A DNA stretch of 63,196 nucleotides, counting the filler, from Octopus bimaculoides (taxonomy: Eukaryota), in assembly GCF_001194135.2 (NCBI RefSeq). It is 4 parts of 4 records of this genome, joined end to end, with 100 filler letters (N's around TTAATTAATTAA, not from the genome) between each part and the next. Parts side by side here need not be neighbours in the genome. Positions count along the whole stretch, not along the records: positions 30,047 to 55,126 come from NC_068992.1; 3 more parts are not named here. The stretch is one strand, 5' to 3'. Made by a program: the position numbers and the translations under genes. Under the pieces are notes generated by a model, which had not been told where the DNA came from, ran no database searches, and saw only the letters and a list, made by a program, of their open reading frames with translations. This document shows, piece after piece, positions 40,535 through 52,911 of the stretch (position 1 is its first letter; every line of letters starts with the position of its first letter).

Positions 40535-40759
40535 ATTATTTTATTCTTTTACTTGTTTCAGTCATTTGACTACTGTCGCCATGCTGGAGCACCGCATTTA
40601 GTCAAACATATTAACTCCAGGACTTATCCTTTGTAAGCCTAGTATTTATTTTATCGATATCTTTTGTCGAACCGCTAAGTTACAGCAACGTAAACACACC
40701 AACATCGGTTGTCCAGCAATATGGGGGGACAAACACAGACACACAAATACATACACACT

Positions 40760-40793
<34 letters not shown>

Positions 40794-40794
40794 C

Positions 40795-40826
<32 letters not shown>

Positions 40827-41219
40827 ATACATCGGGCTTCTTTTAGTTTCCATCTACTAAATCCACTAACAAGGCTTTGGTCGGTCCGAGGCTATAGTAG
40901 AAGACACTTCCCCAAGGTGCCACGCAGTGGGACCGAACCCGGAACCATGTGGTTGGGATGCAAGCTTCTTACCACACAGCCACTCCTGCGCCTGTATATT
41001 TCAGTATATTTCATATGAAAAACTGCTCTTAGGTACGAGCTAGCCTAGGGTTAAACAACAACACAAATTCCCTTACTAATGTGTTCCATACAACAGCTAC
41101 ATTAGGGACGACATGAAGCAACACAGCAGCATCAACAACAATTGCAATATGATATTTAGAAGCAATCATTAAACTGTTTCGCAACTGAATTTCTGAATTC
41201 GACCGTTGAATAGAAAATG
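39356..41219 (-). mobile_element. maT-like Tc1/mariner relic with about 190-bp TIRs and nested SINEs, in a LIG3 intron
   Basis: 39356-39540 is the reverse complement of 41035-41219; internal relic WLSNSTDCNPMDYYVWSAVE...CARFWSHLKAVVEAKGG. Confidence 0.8.
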
Positions 41220-42607
41220 TACCAGGTGTAAGGGGGATAACTGTGTCATCTTATTTGTACCTTGCTAAAAATATTTGATGTTACTACTGGAAAATAAAGC
41301 GACGTGCTGGTAGAATCGTTAACATGCCAGACAAATTACTTAGAGAAATTTTGTCCATTTGTACGTTCTGAGTTCAAATTTCAGCTTTGCCTTTCATCTT
41401 TTTGGAAATTATGAAATAAGTACCGGTTGGGGATTGGGTCGATGTAATTGACTTAACCCCCAACTTCCTCTACTAAAATTTCTCTGNNNNNNNNNNNNNN
41501 NNNNNNNNNNNNNNNNNNNNNNNNNNNNNNNNNNNNNNNNNNNNNNNNNNNNNNNNNNNNNNNNNNNNNNNNNNNNNNNNNNNNNNNNNNNNNNNNNNNN
41601 NNNNNNNNNNNNNNNNNNNNNNNNNNNNNNNNNNNNNNNNNNNNNNNNNNNNNNNNNNNNNNNNNNNNNNNNNNNNNNNNNNNNNNNNNNNNNNNNNNNN
41701 NNNNNNNNNNNNNNNNNNNNNNNNNNNNNNNNNNNNNNNNNNNNNNNNNNNNNNNNNNNNNNNNNNNNNNNNNNNNNNNNNNNNNNNNNNNNNNNNNNNN
41801 NNNNNNNNNNNNNNNNNNNNNNNNNNNNNNNNNNNNNNNNNNNNNNNNNNNNNNNNNNNNNNNNNNNNNNNNNNNNNNNNNNNNNNNNNNNNNNNNNNNN
41901 NNNNNNNNNNNNNNNNNNNNNNNNNNNNNNNNNNNNNNNNNNNNNNNNNNNNNNNNNNNNNNNNNNNNNNNNNNNNNNNNNNNNNNNNNNNNNNNNNNNN
42001 NNNNNNNNNNNNNNNNNNNNNNNNNNNNNNNNNNNNNNNNNNNNNNNNNNNNNNNNNNNNNNNNNNNNNNNNNNNNNNNNNNNNNNNNNNNNNNNNNNNN
42101 NNNNNNNNNNNNNNNNNNNNNNNNNNNNNNNNNNNNNNNNNNNNNNNNNNNNNNNNNNNNNNNNNNNNNNNNNNNNNNNNNNATATATATATATATATAT
42201 GATGGGCTTCTTTCAGATTCCATCTACCAAATCCACTCACAAGGCTTTGGTCGGCCCAAGGCTATAGTAGAAGACACTTGCCCAAGGTGGCACGCAGTGG
42301 GACTGAACCCAGAACCATGTGGTTGGAAAGCAAGCTTCTTACCACACACACACACATATATACAATGGGCTTCTTTCAGTTCCTTTCTACCAAATCCATT
42401 CACAAATCTTGAAGGTGCAGCAAAAGATACTTGTCCAAGGTGCTACAGTGGGACTGAACTCAAAGCCACATGATCGAGAAGCAAGTTTCTTCACCACCGG
42501 GGCAAATGATCTTTTATTTCTTCATGCTTTCAGTGCATTACATGTAAATTAGACAAAAAATCAATGGGGTTTAACTGATAAAGACAAAAATTGGGAACAG
42601 TTTTTAC

Positions 42608-42714
42608 CTGACTAAATAACTTAACAAGTTGTTTGCTATTCAGGTTGTAAACAATTTTCACAACACCTGGCAGCAGAAGTTTCAGCCATAGATAGGTATC
42701 TCCGCAGAAGACAT
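42608..42714 (-). CDS. LIG3: LIG3 exon: DNA-binding domain (DVFCGDTYLWLKLLLPGVVKIVYNLNSKQLVKLFSQ)
   Basis: Matches LIG3 GDVYL.VKLLLPGV.K.VYNLN.KQIVKLFS. Acceptor gaattctttcag, donor CAG|gtaaaa, 107 nt, phase 1 to 0. Confidence 0.93.
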
Positions 42715-43492
42715 CTGAAAGAATTCACAGACAGAAAAAGAGTTTGTAAAATTATCGTGATGTGTAAAGTGGCGATTTCTAACTGTGAAGAGAACCCGTG
42801 GAGGAGGCAGACCCAGGAAGACATGAGATGAGGTGGTGAAGCATGACCTTCGGATGTTGGATTTCATGAAGGTGGTGACGAGTGACCGAGACTTTTGGCG
42901 ATTTACTGTGCTTGAGAAGACTCATCAAACCAAGTGAAATTGTAATTGTGGATCATGCCAGTGACACGTAAAAGGCATCCGTGCTGGTGACACATAAAAG
43001 GTATCAACTACATCCTTGGAGTGGTCAGCATTAGGAAGGGTATCCAGCCATAGAAACCAAGCCAAAATCAACCTGGTGCCTGGTACCAGTCCCAGTCAAA
43101 CCGTCTAACCCATGCCAGCCAGCATGGAAAACGGACGTTATAAGTAAGTGTATGTACACATTAACATACATACATACATAGAAATATACATACATACATA
43201 CACATAAACATACAAACACAGAAATATACATACATATCCATACATACAACCATCCATACATCCCCCACACACACACATATATATAAAGAGAGAGAGGGAG
43301 AGACAATAGATGAGAGAAAGAGAGACAATAGATGAGAGAGAGAGAGAGAGAGACAATAGAAGAGAGAAAGAGAAGACAATAGATGAGAGAGTCAGGGAAG
43401 GAGGGAGAGACAAAGAAAGACAAATGATGAGAGTGAGAAAGAAGAGAGAGAAAGCAAAAGAGAGAGTACAGGAAGCCCTTCCCAAGGCTCAC

Positions 43493-43687
43493 CTCCAGAA
43501 GACCCTTTCGTCAACATATCCGACACCAACTGTGTCTTCCCCAGGTAAGTGTTCTCCTCAGCAATCTTGGCACAAAGTTGTCGGAAACATCGGAATGCAT
43601 CATCTTTGGCGCCGCCTTTCTTGCCCTCTTTACTTTCACTTTCAGCATTATTACTGGACGGTGATGGTGGTGGAGGTGGTTTGCTTT
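43493..43687 (-). CDS. LIG3: LIG3 exon: start of the DNA-binding domain (..KDDAFRCFRQLCAKIAEENTYLGKTQLVSDMLTKGSSG)
   Basis: Resembles the LIG3 motif KD...REFRKLCA.VA..PSY..KTQII.DFL.KGS.G. Acceptor attctatttcag, donor GGAG|gtgag, 195 nt, phase 1 to 1. Confidence 0.92.
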
Positions 43688-43804
43688 CTGAAATAGAATA
43701 ACGGGACATCTACAAATTACTTTAGAGGTCAAAGAAAGTTTTCCAGCATTTTCTCCATTGCCAACCTACCTTTCAAAAATTCTGCTGCTGCTGTTGTTGT
43801 TATG

Positions 43805-43842
<38 letters not shown>

Positions 43843-44105
43843 CATCATCACTATTATGATTAAGTTGGTGAGCTAGCAGAATCGTAAGCACGCCAAGCAA
43901 AATGCTTAGTGATATTTCATCCGTCTTCACATTCTAAGTTCAAATTCCGCCAAGGTCGACTTTGCCTTTCATCCTTTTGTGGTCAATAAATTAAGTACCA
44001 GTGAAGCACTGAGGTCAATGCAATTGACTCATCCCCTCCCCCAAATTGGCTGCCCTTGTGGCAAAATTTGAAACCATTATTATTATTACCATTATTATTA
44101 TTATG

Positions 44106-44137
<32 letters not shown>

Positions 44138-45830
44138 GCACGTTCAACGGGGTCAATGAGATAAAACCCCAGTTAAGTACTGGGGTCAATGTAATCAACT
44201 TGTCCCTATCCTGCAAAATGTTGTGCCTTTAGTAGACAGAATTCATCATTTAGCATTTGTTTTCCATGCTGGCATGGGTTAGACAGTTTGACTGAATCAA
44301 GCATAGACCGGGGCAGGGTGCCTGGCACCTAGAGTGTCACCTGGCACTCACACACCTCCACCAGTCTGGCAATGCAGTCAGTGGAAGTCCCACTCAGGCT
44401 TTTTATAGAGGTTTAGTGGCAGGCAAGTGCAACAACACTCTTGGAGAGACTCTGAGTATCAATGAGAATGAGTTAGATGGTCTGTTCCAGACGACTTTTG
44501 GGCAGGGCCCATGGATAACTTCCAGAAACCCCTGGCCTGGCAGTGCTACCGGGCGGGGGTGGCACTACTGTCCCCAATATTTTATATAAAGCCTCAGCAG
44601 TGAATAACGGAATGATTATAATTATTATTCTTGTTTGTAAAGGCTTTGAGCTGGCAGAATCATTAGCATTGCCTGGCAAAATGCTTAGCGTCATTTCATC
44701 CACCTTTATGTTCTGAGGTCAAAATTCCACTGAGATCAACTTTGCCTTTCATCTTTTCAGGGTCAATGAAATAAGTGGAGTCGATGTAATCGACTAGCCC
44801 CCTCTCTCCAAAAATTTCAAGCCTTGTGCCTACAGTGGAAAGGATTATTTGTAGTAATAATAGTAGCAGTAGTAGTAGTAGTAGTTGCAGCAGTAGTAGT
44901 AGCAGCAGCAGCAGCAGTACGCACTTAGTGGTATTCAGTTATTACCTTTTACATTGCGAGTTCAAATCCTGATGTGTGATTGTATGAGTTAGAGAGAGAA
45001 AGAACGATTCAATGAAAAAGAGAGACAGAAAGATAGAGATATTTTACAATTTTTCAATCATCTTTTTTTTTTTTGTCTCATGTCCCACTTCGATTTATAA
45101 AAAACTGTTCCTTACTACAAAGTATTGGTTCCAGTTCATAGAATATCGACCAGACAATTGGATGTCATTTTAAATCGCTGGTCACAATGCACTTCCTCAC
45201 AATGTTGTAGCTTTTCAAATGATACCACCCCAAATGGAACGCTAGTCCCTCGCTGGGTTACCCAATCACAGCCAGGTGGACTGGGTCAAGCACACAATGC
45301 ACTTATTAATTTGCGCCTTGTTCTGAAATAAACTTTGCAACCACAGGTGAGAAGCCTTCTAAAACATTGTTCTTAAGACATTTAATATTATTTTCAATCG
45401 AGGCAGATTTAAGAAAATTCAGAATTATGTAAATAATAATGTGTCTATTTGTCCTTAATACGATCCAGCAGACTTGAACGTCTGCGTCACAAAATCCCTT
45501 TACACTGCTGAGTCGCATGTTTTCTATTGATGAAAATCAACAGCGTTCAGATATTCACATTCGTATCGACCAGAATGCCTTGTTTGGATTCTCACAGTTC
45601 TGCGGGCACCGAATGAATGATTATCAGAGTTATGTCCCTTACATAATGTCGAAAAGATAAGCTTGAAGAACGCGTTACTTTACCCGATGAAACTTCAACG
45701 TGATCGCCTAACCTTCTAGAAATAGCAGTCAAATCTCCAAATCTTCCTCACATACCATCATTTCCATCGTAGTTATTTAGTTTGTACATGTTGAAAGTTA
45801 TATATGTTAAACACAAACCAGCAAGTCTGT

Positions 45831-45876
<46 letters not shown>

Positions 45877-46181
45877 GTGTGCGTGTGTGTGTGTGTGCGT
45901 GTGTGTGTGTGTATGCGCGTGTGTGTGTGTATGTGGCTACACACGACAGGCATTCATTTAGTATCTAACAAAGAAATTCATTCATAAAGCATTGGTCAGC
46001 AAAAGGCTATAGTAGAGAATGCCCAATGTCCACCACACAATAATAGTGGAAAGAATTTTAATCAGGCACAGTCAGGGCTTTGAGTTTAAGAAGCTGCTCT
46101 GCAGTCAGATGGTTTGAGTTCAGTCACGCTGAGTGGCACTTTGGGCAAGTTCCTTGTGAGAGAATTTGGTAGACAGAAACT

Positions 46182-47068
46182 GAATGGAAGCCCATGAGGT
46201 AGTCGATAGCTTCCGCTATCTGGGCGACCAAGTTAGTAGTGGGGGTGGGTGCGCTGAAAGTGTAGCTGCTAGAATAAGAATAGCCTGGGCAAAGTTTAGA
46301 GAGCTCTTACCCCTGCTGGCGACAAAGGGACTCTCACTCAGAGTAAAAGGCAGACTGTATGACACATGCGTACGAACAACCATGCTACATGGCAGTGAAA
46401 CATGGGCTGTAACTGCTGAGGACATACGTAAGCTCGCAAGGAATGAAGCCAGTATGCTCCGTTGGATGTGTAATGTCAATGTGAATACCCGTCAGAGTGT
46501 AAGTATCTTGAGAGAAAAGCTGAACATTAAAAGCATCAGTTGTGGCGTGCAAGAGAGANNNNNNNNNNNNNNNNNNNNNNNNNNNNNNNNNNNNNNNNNN
46601 NNNNNNNNNNNNNNNNNNNNNNNNNNNNNNNNNNNNNNNNNNNNNNNNNNNNNNNNNNNNNNNNNNNNNNNNNNNNNNNNNNNNNNNNNNNNNNNNNNNN
46701 NNNNNNNNNNNNNNNNNNNNNNNNNNNNNNNNNNNNNNNNNNNNNNNNNNNNNNNNNNNNNNNNNNNNNNNNNNNNNNNNNNNNNNNNNNNNNNNNNNNN
46801 NNNNNNNNNNNNNNNNNNNNNNNNNNNNNNNNNNNNNNNNNNNNNNNNNNNNNNNNNNNNNTCGAGCGTGGCCGTTTTCGTGCGGGTGACACGTAAAAGC
46901 ACCCACTACACTCTCTGATTGGTTGGCGTTAGGAAGGGCATCCAGCTGTAGAAACTCTGCCAAATCAGACTGGAGCCTGGTGTTGCCATCCGGTTTCACC
47001 AGTCCTCAGTCAAATCGTCCAACCCATGCTAGCATGGAAAGCGGACGTTAAACGATGATGATGATGAT
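46182..47068 (+). mobile_element. 5'-truncated RTE-type LINE with 3' UTR and (GAT)n tail, inserted in a SINE
   Basis: EVVDSFRYLGDQVSSGGGCAESVAARIRIAWAKFRELLPLL...ETWAV; after the gap, a 3' end gcatccagctgtagaaact...ggacgttaaacgatgatgatg. Confidence 0.88.
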
Positions 47069-47412
47069 ATATATATATATATATACACACACAAACACAT
47101 ACAGAGATAGATAGACAGATGTTTGGAAGGACATCCAGCTGTGAAAGCCCCGCCAAAACATACAGTGAAGCCTGGTGCAGTCTCCTGCTAAACTGTCCAA
47201 CCCATGCCACCATGGAAAAAACAGATGTTAAATGATGATAATGATGATGGTGATGATGATGATGATATACGTGTGTGTGTATGTGTCCTTCACCATCATT
47301 TGACAACCTGTGTTGGTTTGTTTATGTTCCTGTAACAACCTGACTGGTTCAGCAAAAGACCAGCAGACCCGAGACAAAAAGATAAATTAAATAATAAAAG
47401 ATGGAACCTTAC

Positions 47413-47550
47413 CTTTCACATCAGCAGAAGGCTTTTTCTTCTCTTCCTTTTTAGCAGTACTGGAAGTTTTAGAAATGGTATTGCTACTGCTGCTGCTGGT
47501 GCTGCTAGTACCAGGTCGTTTCCGTTTATTTTGTGGATTATCAAAGAAGT
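47413..47550 (-). CDS. LIG3: LIG3 exon: Ser/Lys-rich linker after the zinc finger (DFFDNPQNKRKRPGTSSTSSSSSNTISKTSSTAKKEEKKKPSADVK)
   Basis: Acceptor ttcttctttttatgtttcag, donor AAAG|gtaagg, 138 nt, phase 1 to 1. It joins the flanking LIG3 exons in frame. Confidence 0.85.
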
Positions 47551-47903
47551 CTGAAACATAAAAAGAAGAAATAAATCTAGAATGTAATTTACATTATTAA
47601 AGAAAATAAATGGTTTCAGGCTCAGCCCCACTACATGGCACTTTGGACGAGTGTCTTCGACGAGAACCCTATGCTGATCAAAGCCTTGTGAGTGGATTTG
47701 GGGGACAGAAATTGCATGAAACCTGTCACATGTGACTATGGATTTGGCATTAGGAAGGGCAATCCAAGCATAGGAATCATGCCAAATCAGACTGTAGCCC
47801 CCTGGCTTACCAAGTCTGGTCACACTGTCCAACCCATGTTAGCATGGACAATGGACGTTAGATGATGATGATGATAATGATGACAGTATATATATATAGA
47901 GAG

Positions 47904-47940
<37 letters not shown>

Positions 47941-48560
47941 TAGATATATTTTCAGTGCGAATGGTTTTATTATACAACGCCGGGTTTTATAATCCTGTAA
48001 ATAATAATAATAATGGTATTTATATAAGCCTACAGGATTGTAAAACCTGGCGCTATACAATAACACCATTTCAACACCGAAAGCACATAAAAAGTTTGTT
48101 TAAAAAAACAACTATGAACTAATATAGTTCTTAAATTTGACAGAAACAGGGAGGCTAATTTGCTGGTGTAACGGTAACACACTTAGTCGCGTTAACAAAG
48201 AGATGTGGGTTTGAGTCCCATGCAGATAGGAAAGCCTAGTTTTTCTATCAAGGGCTTCTATGCCCCATTATTAGACTATTTTTCTTAGTCTTTGCACGGA
48301 GATCACTATAAGCTTTGTATGTATATTATTGTTTTAACATTACCGTTTCCCATGCTAACATGGGTCAAACAGAATTTATTGGGGCAGAATTTTTTCTATG
48401 GCTGGATGCCCTTCCTGACACCAACCTTCAGCTAGTTCCATGCAAAGACTAACAGGATTCCACAGAAGATGGGAAATGAAGGACGCAGCTTGTATGACAA
48501 CAGCAATTGTTTATAACTATTATACAATGTTAAGACAAAGAGACAGTAATCCATACATAT

Positions 48561-48611
<51 letters not shown>

Positions 48612-49327
48612 TATATATCATCATCTTCATTTAACATTTGTTGTCCATACTGGTTGGATGGTCTGATTAAAGTCAGCAAGCTGGGAGCTGCACCAGACTG
48701 CAGACTGATTTGTCATGGCTTCTACAGATGGATACTTTTCCTAACACCAGCCACTTTACAGAGTGTGCAGGGTGCTTTAACATGGCACCATACGGACGTT
48801 TACATGGCACCACACAGGTGCTTTGCCAGGATTCTCTGGCAATGCTCTGCTATTTATGATTTTTGTACCTCAAGGGTATACTCTGGCACGTGCCACCATC
48901 TATCTCTTTCTCTTCTTTTACTCAACTAACCCATTTATATTCTGATCCCTGTCCCGTGTGTGTATGTCTGGCACTTTGCCACTATGTCTTTCTTGTTCTC
49001 TCTTGCACTCCTGCTGTCTTCCATTCACTCTCTTTTCCTGCTCTTCCCTCAGGCTGGGTAACCATGTACCTCCTTTAGAACAGCACACCCATTTCTGTCC
49101 TCATTCTTCTCTCTCTCTCTCTTTGGCCAGGTAACCATGTACCTCTCCAACAGTAAGATACCTGTTTCTGTTTCTCTATCTCACTATAACTTTTCATCAT
49201 CTGACACAAGATCACCCATCCCAATGCCCCGTCCCCTCTCAAAGATTCCTCGTTTCCTCATCTTGCAAATTACTTGGTGATCCTGCCAGTGCTGGTAGCA
49301 CATAAAAAGCATCCAGTCCACATTGTA

Positions 49328-50185
49328 CGAGGTTTGATCAATGAGTATCCGGACTGCTGCCATAGTAAAAAAGTTAAAGCATGTAGAGTGAAGCCACTTG
49401 GCAAGGATTGATCTTGAACTCTGCTGTGTGCATGCAGAGTAAGTTCCACTGTTTACAGCAGTGCTTCGAAGGAGGTGTGTAGCATGTGATTGTTGCATTG
49501 ATATTGACAGAGAAAGCTGTCATGGCAATACCTGCTTAGAGGCCTAAGCAAAGTTGCAGACAATGCATGAAGAGAAGTGTATGAACAGCACACAAGTGTA
49601 CGAGTGGTTCTGACATTTCCAAGATTGTCGAAAAAATGTCGATATAGAAGAACATTCTGGGAGACACACAACCAGAAGAACTGAGAAAAGCATCGCAGAT
49701 ATGCGTCCAGCTGTAAGGGGAAATCGTTGAATCACCATCTGTGAATTATCAGAGAATGTGCAGATGAGTTACGGTTCAGTCCAGTCTATTATCACTGAAG
49801 ATTTAGGTATGAGATGTATGTCTGCCAAGTTTGTGCCAAAACTGCTTTCAGCTGACCAAAAAGACACTCGGGTTTTAGTTGCACAAGGTTTTCTTGACTG
49901 TGTCAAGAATGACGAAAACTTTTTGAAAACTTTGCATAGGTCTCTGAGCAGGTATCGCCAACCTTTTGGCAAAATTTAATGCAGATTCTCTGCTCAACAT
50001 TCTCAGTCATGGTCAATGCGACGATCACTCGCTACACACCTTCCTTCCAAGCACTGCAGAAAAACAGCTGAAGCGAGCTAGAACGTTAAAACTTAGTGCG
50101 CATGCACAGCAGAGTTCAAGGTCAACCAGTGCCACATGGCTTCACTCTGCATGCTTTAGCTTCGTTACTATGGCAATCAGACCAC
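49328..50185 (+). mobile_element. Internally deleted mariner (N-terminal HTH region only)
   Basis: ta|cgaggtttgatcaatgagtatccggact start; relic QVYEWF...SGR....LGMRCMSAKFVPKLLS.DQK; partial inverted copy of the left end at about 50080-50185. Confidence 0.82.
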
Positions 50186-50274
50186 GTAAAGTGTTGGCGT
50201 TTGGAAGGGCACCCAATTGTAAAATCCATGTCAAACCTGACCTCGCCTGTGCTTGTACCACTATATACATACAT

Positions 50275-50363
<89 letters not shown>

Positions 50364-51162
50364 TGAGAGACAGAGAGCAAGAAGCCCTACCATGAACTTG
50401 TGCCCTACTGGTATAACTCTCAGGGTTGCTGGGGCATGCAAACCACCACACCACATCAAGAACTGGACCTTATGGTGGTACTTCTTTACACCTTTGTCAT
50501 ATTCATGAATGGAAGTCATCATGGATGTGTGGTTAAGAGATTCATTTCTCAATTAAAATGTTTCAGGTTCACTCCCACTGCATGGCACCCACGGCAAGTG
50601 TCTTCTACTATAGACCCAAGCCAACTAAAACCGCGTAATGGAATTTGATAGAGGGAAACTGAGGAAGGCCATCATATAAATATGTATGAGGATGTGGTGT
50701 GTGTGTGTGTATGTATGTATGTGTATGTATGTGTGTACGTATGTACACGTGTATGTATGTGTGCATGTGTATGTGTGTGCATGTGGGCGCATGAACATGT
50801 ATGAATGTTGATACTTTATAATTGTCACCAGTTGAGTAAATCAATGATGCTGTTAACATTCTTTGCTGACATTATAAGCAATCATTCTAAGCTTTCAAAG
50901 ACGTCTGGAATGAAAATAAAAGACCCTTACATGAAAACAGGTAAGGACTGGCACCATAAATATTCACCCTTAAATAACATTTTGGCATGAAAAAGATATA
51001 AAAAACAAAAACACCCATTACACACTAAGAAGGGCTTCCAGTTGCAGAACTCATGCCAAAGCAGACACTGAAATAAGATGCAGTCTTTGGACCCATCAAA
51101 TCCTGTCAAACCATCCAATCCAAGCCAGCAAGGGACATGAACACTAAATAATAATAACAATA

Positions 51163-51204
<42 letters not shown>

Positions 51205-51398
51205 GTGATGATGGTGGTGGTGGTGGAATAACTTCCTGTCCAAACTAAGCCAGCTTGGACAAACATGTTAAGCAAACTGGTATTTTACTAAACAACAACA
51301 AAACCCTGAGCAAACTGATTGTTAACTGAAATGGTTAAGTAGTCATGTTCCTCGAAATGGTGTCAATGAAAGGTTAAACAATGATGTCATAAGAATAC

Positions 51399-51877
51399 CT
51401 TTTATTAAGTTGTTCACAGAATCCTTATCGTCTTGTTGCAAATCTTGAAATCCATCCAGGTCTTCTGCTTCTTCGATAATCTTGGTAGTAGGCCTTGCTC
51501 GAAGAAATGTTTCAAAGATACAAGAGGGATGGTACCATTGCTTCATGTCTCCTCCATCATCAGAGAAAGGATTTGGTACCACTTTACCAATCCTCAAAGC
51601 AGCCTTTTCAATTTTGGTCTTGCATTTTTTGCAGCTGGATGTGCCCAGCTTGGCATACACCACAATAAATCTGTTGTCGGCCATTATTCGTGAAGGTAGA
51701 AGCTGGAGAGAATTCAAATCCAAAGAGCTAAGCAAAAGATTGAGGTAACAAGCTGATGCACGGTAAAACGAAAACCCCTGCCTTGTAAAAGCAAAGGGGC
51801 TCAGGTAAAGTTTGTTTGCTAGAATCCTAGAGAACGAAACTGGCAGTAATACTTGGTGTAACATCAAGCATTTTAAC
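51399..51877 (-). CDS. LIG3: DNA ligase III first coding exon: mitochondrial-leader-like extension (ATG 51864) plus PARP-type zinc finger (second ATG 51684)
   Basis: Translates MADNRFIVVYAKLGTSSCKKCKTKIEKAALRIGKVVPNPFSDDGGDMKQWYHPSCIFETFLRARPTTKII, closely matching the LIG3 N-terminal ZnF (C-x2-C...H-x2-C; RIGKVVPNPFS..GGDMK.WYH). Acceptor tttttctcactctcattgcag ends at 51878; donor AAAG|gtattc at 51398, phase 1. Confidence 0.95.
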
Positions 51878-52092
51878 CTGCAATGAGAGTGAGAAAAATT
51901 AAATAGATACATGAATAAAAAATAAATAAGGGGTAGGAGTGGCTGTGAGGTAAGATGCTTGCTTTCCAAACACATGATTTGAGGTTCAGTCCCACTGTGT
52001 GGCACCTTGGACAAGTGTTTTCTACTATAGCCTCAGTTCGACCAAAGCCTTGTGAGAGGATTTGGTAGACGGAAACTGAATGAAGCCTGTCA

Positions 52093-52123
<31 letters not shown>

Positions 52124-52394
52124 TTGTTTGTCCCCCAACCATTGCTTGACACTGATATTTGTATGTTTACATTCCCGTAACTTAGTGGTTTGGCAAAAGA
52201 GTCTGATAGAATAAGTACTAGGCTTACAAAGAATAAGTCCTGGGGTCAATTTGTTCAACTAAAGGTGGTGCTCCAGCATGGCAGCAGTCAAATGACTAAA
52301 ACAAGTAAAAGAATAAAAGAAAAGCAAATAAATAAGCAAAACTCAAATTAGTTCAAATATATCTGGGACATATTTGATCTGTACAGCATTTTCA

Positions 52395-52406
52395 ATATAT
52401 ATACAC

Positions 52407-52437
<31 letters not shown>

Positions 52438-52448
52438 CATATTTATAT

Positions 52449-52531
<83 letters not shown>

Positions 52532-52624
52532 CATATATATACACACATACATATATATACACACATATACATATATATACACACATATACATATATATAC
52601 ACACATATACATATATATACACAC

Positions 52625-52665
<41 letters not shown>

Positions 52666-52910
52666 TATATATAGAAATCTACATATATACACATAGATAT
52701 ACATATATACATATATATACATACATATATACACACATACATATATATACACATATATACACACACATATATACACATACATACACACACACATATATGT
52801 GCATATATATATATGTGTGTATATGCGTGTGAGTGTGTGTATATATATATATATAAACTCACACATACATACATACATAAATAAATAAATACATACAAAC
52901 ACACATATAT
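52395..52910. repeat. (AT)/(AC) compound microsatellite; similar tracts at 1290-1835 and 60807-61235
   Basis: Low-complexity dinucleotide mosaic that produces the spurious YI/HT/VC ORFs. Confidence 0.95.
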
Positions 52911-52911
52911 A

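Noticed and set aside
44300-44620. Possible CRE-type non-LTR 3' end
   Set aside because: Similarity to QRLS.A.QRGNA required several assumed changes.
45080-45780. Non-repetitive CpG-containing intronic stretch with 60-70 aa ORFs
   Set aside because: No recognisable protein, RNA gene or splice pattern.
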